From a virus (lineage: Duplodnaviria; Caudoviricetes): a DNA stretch of 26,207 nucleotides. A model generated the notes under the pieces. It was not told the DNA's origin. It saw only the letters and a list, made by a program, of their open reading frames with translations, and did not search any database. The DNA is taken from the IMG/VR virus record IMGVR_UViG_3300027533_000080, positions 1 to 26,207 of that record. The stretch is one strand, 5' to 3'. This document shows positions 8,373 to 14,392 of the stretch, one piece after another. The position numbers and the translations under genes are program-made. How positions within the stretch are numbered: position 1 is the stretch's first letter; each line of letters starts with the position of its first letter.

Positions 8373-8654
8373 ATGGAACGACTGACTACCAACGACCAAC
8401 TGCGGGCCGCCAAGCGCGACTGGGCGCTGGCCCAATGCGCCAAGGAGAAGGCGGCGGTGGCCGACCTGATCATCGCCGCGGTGCGCTCGACCAAGGGCCG
8501 CATCATGGACGATCCCGGCAACGACGCCGCCCAGCGGATCAACCAGTTGCGCGGCGTTCGCCGTCTGGTCGCCTCGCTCGGCGATGCGCTGGTCACCAAG
8601 GATCCCGGCTTCGACCTGCCGCGGTTCTTCAGCGACTGCGGGTACGGCTCGTGA
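8373..8654 (+). CDS. Hypothetical protein (93 aa)
   Basis: AAGGGA RBS. Helical, with C-terminal D(P)GFD..RF..DCG motif. Confidence 0.8.
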   Translation: MERLTTNDQLRAAKRDWALAQCAKEKAAVADLIIAAVRSTKGRIMDDPGNDAAQRINQLRGVRRLVASLGDALVTKDPGFDLPRFFSDCGYGS

Positions 8655-8845
8655 ACGGCGCCTACTGGCTGAACCGCCGGGTCAAGATCGCGGCATGGAC
8701 GGACCTGTTCATGCGCGGCGAGACCCACGCCACGGTCATCAAGGTCGGGCACAAGATCCTCACCGTTCGCGGCGAGCGGTCGGGCCGCCAGTTCAAGTTC
8801 CGGATCCCCGGAGACGAGGCAAACCCGGCCCTGACCATCTGTTGA
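8651..8845 (+). CDS. Hypothetical protein (64 aa), SH3-like beta pattern
   Basis: GTGA overlap; RVKIAAWTDLFMRGETHATVIKVGHKILTVRGERSG. Stop TGA lies inside the P5 -35 box. Confidence 0.75.
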   Translation: MNGAYWLNRRVKIAAWTDLFMRGETHATVIKVGHKILTVRGERSGRQFKFRIPGDEANPALTIC

Positions 8846-8913
8846 CAGGGGGACAGGTTGTCCCTACTGACAATGTTACCGGGCCATCTGGCCCATCACT
8901 CAGGAGACTGAAA
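8842..8913 (+). promoter_or_regulatory. Expression cassette P5
   Basis: TTGACA 8842-8847, 17 bp, TACTGA 8865-8870. GGGACA-GGT-TGTCCC 8850-8864. GGGCC-ATCT-GGCCC 8881-8894. AGGAG RBS. ATG at 8914. Confidence 0.85.
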
Positions 8914-9144
8914 ATGACCATCACCAAATACACCCACAGCAACATCGGCCTCGTCACCCGTGTCGACGCCATCACCGAGGATGGCGAGCGCGTAAACGTC
9001 GCAGCGTTCGACAACAACGAGGGCGGCAAGTTCGCCTTCGGTTGCTTCGTCGACGGCCTCGCCCGCGATCGGGCCGCACCGTCGCTCTTCAACGAAGACA
9101 CGGGCGAGTACACCGTCGGCACGATGGGCCAGCTGGTCGGCTGA
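8914..9144 (+). CDS. Hypothetical protein (76 aa)
   Basis: MTITKYTHSNIGLVTRVDAITEDGERVNV...; first gene of P5. Confidence 0.8.
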   Translation: MTITKYTHSNIGLVTRVDAITEDGERVNVAAFDNNEGGKFAFGCFVDGLARDRAAPSLFNEDTGEYTVGTMGQLVG

Positions 9145-9347
9145 TGTACGTGATCCGCCGCACGGATCAGGGGGGCGGCTTTGTCGCTCCCCCGGGATCC
9201 AAGAAAGCCTACACGTTCCAGCGCCTGCGGGCGCGGATCTTCAAGACGCGGGAGGCCGCCGAGGCTGACCGCTGCGTCGACAACGAGGTGGTCGAGCCGC
9301 TGCTCCAGTGCCTCGAGGTCATCGTCGTTGATGGGAGGAAGCATTGA
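9144..9347 (+). CDS. Hypothetical protein (67 aa)
   Basis: TGATG coupling; MYVIRRTDQGGGFVAPPGSKKAYT...ARIFKTREAAEADRC. Confidence 0.8.
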   Translation: MYVIRRTDQGGGFVAPPGSKKAYTFQRLRARIFKTREAAEADRCVDNEVVEPLLQCLEVIVVDGRKH

Positions 9348-9556
9348 CCAGATTTCAGAAGGGACAGGCATATTCGGACCGGCTGGTCGAGAAGCGCCGG
9401 GAGGCAATCGAGGAAGCCATCAAGGGGGCGGCCAGCGTGACGGTCGCCCTGAAGCGGCTGGAGAAGCTGGAGAAGGATCCGAGGTTCGCGGCCTACAATG
9501 TCGCCAGCCTCAACAACAAGGGGCGCCTGATCCTTCGTATGAGGCACGAACCATGA
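9344..9556 (+). CDS. Hypothetical protein (70 aa, basic)
   Basis: TTG start in a TTGA overlap, GGGAGG RBS. Confidence 0.7.
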   Translation: MTRFQKGQAYSDRLVEKRREAIEEAIKGAASVTVALKRLEKLEKDPRFAAYNVASLNNKGRLILRMRHEP

Positions 9557-9699
9557 AGTACACGATCGTAAAGCTGATCGACGGCTACGGGGTAAAACCC
9601 GACAACACTGAGTTGCCAATCAGCGTCCACGAGACCCAGCGCGAAGCCGAGCGCGCTGTGCAACGCTACAAGGCAGCAGACAAACGCAGGGAGGGTTAA
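9553..9699 (+). CDS. Hypothetical protein (48 aa)
   Basis: ATGA overlap, GAGG RBS; MKYTIVKLIDGYGVKPD...HETQREA. Confidence 0.7.
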   Translation: MKYTIVKLIDGYGVKPDNTELPISVHETQREAERAVQRYKAADKRREG

Positions 9700-9702
9700 G
9701 CC

Positions 9703-10152
9703 ATGGGCTACACGCATTACTGGACGCAGACGCGGGATTTCACGCCGCAGGAAATGAACAAGATCAACGGGGAGCTGCTCGACATCGTCAAGGTCAGCGG
9801 GATCCCGCTCGGCGGCTGGGATGGCACCGGCTCGCCGGAGTTCACGACCGAGACGGTCGGCTTCAACGGCAAGGGCGATGATGATGGTCACGAGACCTTC
9901 CGCATCAACGCCACGCGGAAGCTGCCGTTCGAGGGCGCCTCTCCCGACCGGCTCGGCTGGGCCTTCTGCAAGACCGCGGCCAAGCCCTACGACATCGTCG
10001 TCGTGGCGTGCCTGACCGTGCTGGCCGCCAAGCATGGCTTCGACGTCTCCAGCGACGGCGGGGCGAAAGACTGGGAGGATGGCGTCAAGCTCGCCTCCAA
10101 GGCTCTGGGCGAGATCTTCACCAACCCAATGAGAAGGGAAGAGGCAGCATGA
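9703..10152 (+). CDS. Conserved-looking hypothetical protein (149 aa; MGYTHYW/HETF/FCKT..KPYD/SSDG motifs)
   Basis: GGGAGG RBS. Motif set recalled from a widespread uncharacterised family (not searched). Confidence 0.85.
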   Translation: MGYTHYWTQTRDFTPQEMNKINGELLDIVKVSGIPLGGWDGTGSPEFTTETVGFNGKGDDDGHETFRINATRKLPFEGASPDRLGWAFCKTAAKPYDIVVVACLTVLAAKHGFDVSSDGGAKDWEDGVKLASKALGEIFTNPMRREEAA

Positions 10153-10355
10153 CACAGGACGACATCAGGCGGATCCGGAAGGGCATGGGCATGTCGCAGC
10201 GTCAGCTGGCGCAGGCCCTCCGCCTCGGCCCCAATGGCGATCGCACGATCCGGCGGTGGGAGAGGGGAGTGATCCCGATCACCGGGCCAGCCAGCCTCGC
10301 CCTCGAGTATATGGAGAAGGAGAATGGCAAAAAGCAAAGAGCAGCTGGAGCATGA
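10149..10355 (+). CDS. XRE/Cro-family helix-turn-helix regulator (Aca-like position)
   Basis: ATGA overlap, GAGG RBS. MTQDDIRRIRKGMGMSQRQLAQALRLGPNGDRTIRRWERGVIPITGPASLALEYM is a clear HTH_3 pattern. Confidence 0.9.
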   Translation: MTQDDIRRIRKGMGMSQRQLAQALRLGPNGDRTIRRWERGVIPITGPASLALEYMEKENGKKQRAAGA

Positions 10356-10497
10356 AGCCCGGCAGTTTTACGAGCGGCAGCAGGCACGGGGACCGAGCGC
10401 GATCCCCGTCGGCGCCTGCATCGTTCGTCCCGGCAGCAAGGGCGTGATCGGCATCAAAGCGGTGCCGGTTGCGCCTGATCCTGAGAAGAAAGCATAG
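10324..10497 (+). CDS. Hypothetical protein (57 aa), absent from the ORF track
   Basis: GGAGAAGGAG upstream of ATG 10324. MAKSKEQLEHEARQFYERQQARGPSAIPVGACIVRPGSKGVIGIKAVPVAPDPEKKA*. Overlaps the HTH 3' end and, convergently, the 1311-aa gene end. Confidence 0.55.
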   Translation: MAKSKEQLEHEARQFYERQQARGPSAIPVGACIVRPGSKGVIGIKAVPVAPDPEKKA

Positions 10498-13400
10498 CGC
10501 CGCCTCCCAGTAGGACGCCGGTCCACACTGGGAGGCCTTTCAGCCCGTTCTTGGTGACCCAGTCGCGCACCGCCGCGGGCCCGCCTCGAGCCAGCAGATC
10601 CCGCAATTTCTGGACGTCTGGCCGCAGGCTGGTGGCAAGCTCGGCGGCATATTTCTGGCGCACCTCGTTGCGCGCTGCGACCTCCGCCGGATAGTCCGAC
10701 GTCGCCAGCCGCTGCTCCAGCCCCGGGATGCTCCCGGTGGCCTCCAGCAGGCTCTTGGTGGCCTCCCCGGTGCCTTGCTCTTCGGGCAGGTTCGAAGGGG
10801 CATAGTTGCTGTCGAACCGGCCCAGCTTGCCGCCGTTGCCCTTGCTGAATTCCTTGACCTTCTTGGCCGCCGCCGCGGTGTCGTCGTTGAAGCTGGTGAC
10901 GACGATCCCGCCGTCGCCATTGTCGACCACGTCGAGGCCTGCGGCGACCGCCTTGTCCATCGCCTCCTGACGTCCCTCCGGACCGAAGTAGAGGCCGTTC
11001 AGCTGCCCTGCCTTGTGGGTGGATACCTGCGGCACGAAGATGTTGGCGCCGACACCGTGCTGGACGTTCTCGATACCGAACAGCTGCCCCGCGGTGAGCA
11101 TGGCGTTGCGGCTGTGGGGATCCATCGCCGGGCCGCCCTTGGATCCGCCGACCATCTCCGGCGACAGGCCGACCAGCGGGCGATCCATGAAGGCCGGGTT
11201 GCGCTGCAGGCCCTCGACCGGGTCGTTCCAGAAGCCCTCGCCGCTGACGGTCGGGCGCTGGTACAGCTGCATCGACGACAGCACCGAGTTCTTGGGGTTG
11301 CCGCCAGCCGCGGCCATGTCGGCAGCGAAGCGTGCGTTCAGCTCCGGATCCGCGCTCATGCCCGGGAACTCGCCGAGGCCTCCGCCCGGCGTGAATTCCC
11401 GCGACAGGATCGCCGTGTTGCGCTCGATGCCGCTGCCGATGCCCTGCCGGGCGTAGACCAGCGCCTCTTCCTCGGTCGGCGGCGTGGCGCGCTTCCCGGC
11501 GGCGTACTTGGCGTTCTCTTTGTTGAGGAAGCTCTGCTTGCGTTCCTCGACCCAGACCACCTCCTGCATGTTGGGAACGGACGCATCGGGAGGCAGCGTT
11601 CCGGCTGCGCGGGCGCGATCGGTCGCCAGTACGTTCTCTCCGGTCAGGAAGGCATGCTCATTGGGCTGGAAAGCGCGATCGAAGGCCGTCTGGCCCGGGT
11701 CTGGCTGGTACCCTAGCGCACGCCCGTGCCAGAGGTCTGACGGGGCTGTGAAGCCCATCGGCACGGTCGGATCCTTGGCGACGCCATAGGGCCCGGTCTT
11801 CTTGCCGAGGGTGATGTCTTCCGGGGTCAGGTTGATGAAACCGCTGTTCTCGCCGACATCGCCATAGCCGAGGTTGGCCGCCTTGGCGCGATCGCCGGTC
11901 GTGACCTGCGGCTCCTTGCCGGTCAGGACGCGCTCGTTGTGGTGCCGGAGCCAGAAGTTGGTCTCGTCGACCGGCGAGGCCTGCGGGCTGTAGACGGCGC
12001 CGCCGCGGGCGAACAGGCTCGCCATCTCCGGCGTGTCGCTGACCTCGTCGATGATGCCGCGGCTCTTGTCGTACCAGCCGAGGCCTTCCTGATTGGCATT
12101 GGCGATCTTGGCATCGACCGCGTTGCGCCAAGCCGCCAGCGCGTTTGGTGCAACGCCCGGCGACCCCATGACGTTGCCTTCGGCATCGAGCCGCAGGTGC
12201 TTCCCGGCGGTGGCCCGCTCGAGCGCACCGGCATAGTCGGTGACGCCTTCGAACGCCCGCTCGAGCGCCGGTTGCCTGCCGCCAGTGATCTCCTCGCTCG
12301 CCTGCATGGTGGCGCCGGTCAGGTCGAGCGGCTGGTCATTGCGCTTGAGGATGTCGAGTTTGCTGTCGTCGAACACGACGTAGTTGCGGGCGTCGTTGAA
12401 CCTCGAGCCGCTGCCCCCGCGGTCGAGATGGCTGAAGCCGGAGAAGCCAGCCTCCTTGAAGATGTGGTTGGGGTCGCCGTACTGCTTCCTGCCGAGGATC
12501 TGCGCCTGCTTGTGGACCGCCGCGCCGCTGTCCCCCGACAGGTCGCCGAAGCCGTGTGCCTCCATGATGGCGGCCAGCGCCGGGCCTTTCGGCTGGCTGG
12601 AGAGGGGTGCCTCGAAATCGAGCAGGTCTTCCGGCTCGGCCTTGATATTGGCTTCGTACATGGCGCCGGGCTGGTCGTAGGCGCCCTTCTCCTTGTTCCA
12701 CACGGCGGGGGGCCGGTAGAGGTTGGCCGCGTCCCGTTCCTCTGACAGGTAAAGCCCATGCCCGCGGGTCTGTGTCCCCTCGCCCGTGCCGAGCTTGTCC
12801 ATGTCGAACCTGTCGAAGACGTGGGGCGAGCCGTGATAGCCGGTGATGTCTGCCTGCATGCCTTCGGGTTGTAGCGGCAGCGTGACGTCCTCGGCACTCA
12901 GCCGCGGCCCGGCATCGCCCGGCCACTCGGGGATCTTCTCGGCCCGCTTGACGATCTGCAGCTCGTCGGGACGGTCCTGCGTCAGCCATGGCGGCGTGTC
13001 GAACATCTGCTTCCTGATGGCCTCGTCAGACCAGCCGAGGGCCTTGTAGCTCTGCTCCATTTTTAGCCGCTCTTGGACGTTGCGCGCCTCGACCTCGCCC
13101 GCGCTGCGCCGGTAGCCCTCGCGCATGGCTTCAGTGTCGAGCGCATCGCGATATGTCTTCAGCTGCCGCTTGACCGCGGGGTCGTCCCAGATCTCATCCG
13201 GCAGCGTGTCGAGCAGGTCGGTGAAGCTGTCCATCTGGCGCTGGATCTCTTCGACCTCTGGACCGCCCCAGACCGGAGGGTTTTCTCCAACCCTGCTGCC
13301 GATCGGGAAATCTCCGGAGACCTGCGGCAGGCCGTGCTGCAGCTCATGGGCCGCGGTCGACACCATCAACGGCTTGGGCCGATTGGGGTTGAACGTGACC

Positions 13401-14389
13401 ACATGCTGCTCGGGATAATAGGCGCCGCCGATATTGCGCCCGCTGACATGGCCGCCGACGCGAAGGGGCTTGTCGAACAGGCCGCCAGTGAAGCCGGGGT
13501 AGTATTTCTCCAGCTCGGGATGCGAGATGACGTTGGTCGCCGCCGTTGCCTTGCCCTGATTGGGGAGTATGCCCTTCTTGACGTTCAGCCCGAGGTCCGA
13601 GATCTCGAACTTGTAGTCGCCGTGCTGCTTGTACATGCCCCCGGTCGCTTTGTAGATCTCGTCGCGACTGGCGCCAGCGGCCTCCATCTTCTCCGCCAGC
13701 GCCAGCATGTCTGGCTTGAGCTTGCCGGGCAGGAACATCGACAGCGCGGATCCGCCCTTGGCGAGCGCGGGCAGGGCGAACTTGGCGCCACCTGCCAGCG
13801 CCATCCCGGCGGCGTGACCGGCACCGGGGACGAGGTCGAGCGCGGCCATGCCGAGGTTGCCAGCGGCCTCGCCGAGGCGCCCGCTGGTGAGATCCTGATA
13901 GCCCTCCGTGGCGATGTCGAGCGAGCCGTAGGGGGTCAGGTCGAGGGCGTCGGCGATCGACCCGCCGATGTGCCGTGCGAGGCGTGGATCCTCGACACCT
14001 GCCGCCTTGGCGAGGCCCGAGGCGCCTTCCTCGGCGATGTCGCGGAAGCTGGTCTCGCGGTTGCGGATCTCACCCTGATCGGCGAGGCGGTTCTTCCAGT
14101 AGCTCGGGGCGCTGGTCGGCCTGACCTCCTCGAGCGGAGCGGTGACCTCCTTGGCGGTCTTGCGCTTCTCGAACCCGGCCAGCGCGCTCTTGGGCGCCGC
14201 GGCCTGCTCGAAATAGCGGGTGGGCTCGACGCCGATGTCCTTGAGGTCGCGGGTGAGATCAGGGCTGACCTTCGAAGCCTGCTCGGCAATCGCGTCCCGC
14301 AGCATCTGCTTGGTCGCATTGATCGGGACCGTGATCTGCACGATCGGACCGCTCGCGAGGCGGATCGAGCGAGTGACCTTGCCCGGCAC
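10454..14389 (-). CDS. Large polyvalent protein (LPD23-like + HExxH metallopeptidase + ADP-ribosyltransferase-like + HhH-glycosylase-like), probably virion-injected
   Basis: 1311 aa. KFEISD (13595-13612); HELQH (13334-13348) with YRRSAGEVEARNVQER; YHGSPH..FD....GTGEG...G.GLYL (from 12838) through NYVVFD (12368-12385); GWY...YSPQ...K...DLW..R...QEVVW (12085-11552). Confidence 0.8.
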   Translation of the reverse strand: MPGKVTRSIRLASGPIVQITVPINATKQMLRDAIAEQASKVSPDLTRDLKDIGVEPTRYFEQAAAPKSALAGFEKRKTAKEVTAPLEEVRPTSAPSYWKNRLADQGEIRNRETSFRDIAEEGASGLAKAAGVEDPRLARHIGGSIADALDLTPYGSLDIATEGYQDLTSGRLGEAAGNLGMAALDLVPGAGHAAGMALAGGAKFALPALAKGGSALSMFLPGKLKPDMLALAEKMEAAGASRDEIYKATGGMYKQHGDYKFEISDLGLNVKKGILPNQGKATAATNVISHPELEKYYPGFTGGLFDKPLRVGGHVSGRNIGGAYYPEQHVVTFNPNRPKPLMVSTAAHELQHGLPQVSGDFPIGSRVGENPPVWGGPEVEEIQRQMDSFTDLLDTLPDEIWDDPAVKRQLKTYRDALDTEAMREGYRRSAGEVEARNVQERLKMEQSYKALGWSDEAIRKQMFDTPPWLTQDRPDELQIVKRAEKIPEWPGDAGPRLSAEDVTLPLQPEGMQADITGYHGSPHVFDRFDMDKLGTGEGTQTRGHGLYLSEERDAANLYRPPAVWNKEKGAYDQPGAMYEANIKAEPEDLLDFEAPLSSQPKGPALAAIMEAHGFGDLSGDSGAAVHKQAQILGRKQYGDPNHIFKEAGFSGFSHLDRGGSGSRFNDARNYVVFDDSKLDILKRNDQPLDLTGATMQASEEITGGRQPALERAFEGVTDYAGALERATAGKHLRLDAEGNVMGSPGVAPNALAAWRNAVDAKIANANQEGLGWYDKSRGIIDEVSDTPEMASLFARGGAVYSPQASPVDETNFWLRHHNERVLTGKEPQVTTGDRAKAANLGYGDVGENSGFINLTPEDITLGKKTGPYGVAKDPTVPMGFTAPSDLWHGRALGYQPDPGQTAFDRAFQPNEHAFLTGENVLATDRARAAGTLPPDASVPNMQEVVWVEERKQSFLNKENAKYAAGKRATPPTEEEALVYARQGIGSGIERNTAILSREFTPGGGLGEFPGMSADPELNARFAADMAAAGGNPKNSVLSSMQLYQRPTVSGEGFWNDPVEGLQRNPAFMDRPLVGLSPEMVGGSKGGPAMDPHSRNAMLTAGQLFGIENVQHGVGANIFVPQVSTHKAGQLNGLYFGPEGRQEAMDKAVAAGLDVVDNGDGGIVVTSFNDDTAAAAKKVKEFSKGNGGKLGRFDSNYAPSNLPEEQGTGEATKSLLEATGSIPGLEQRLATSDYPAEVAARNEVRQKYAAELATSLRPDVQKLRDLLARGGPAAVRDWVTKNGLKGLPVWTGVLLGGGAMLSSQDQAQPAPL

Positions 14390-14392
14390 GGT

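Larger units (their letters stand above)
4690..10497 (+). other. Accessory island of about 20 small ORFs in five promoter-led units, antisense to the virion operon
   Basis: Strand switch at both ends, five repeated cassettes, tightly coupled short ORFs, near-terminal HTH. Confidence 0.85.

Noticed and set aside
4702-8913. Treating the five repeats as a CRISPR array or attC-type integron sites
   Set aside because: Spacing is 770-1480 bp and filled with ORFs, the repeats are degenerate and promoter-shaped, and no cas, integrase or GTTRRRY-bounded long palindromes were seen.
9344-9375. Possible sixth promoter (TTGACC...GGACA)
   Set aside because: No TA-led -10 at 17 bp, only a misplaced half-site and no hairpin; the TTG serves as a start codon.
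10149-10355. Naming the HTH as a specific aca gene or any cargo as a known acr
   Set aside because: I cannot recognise a specific family match from sequence alone; only the architecture is analogous.
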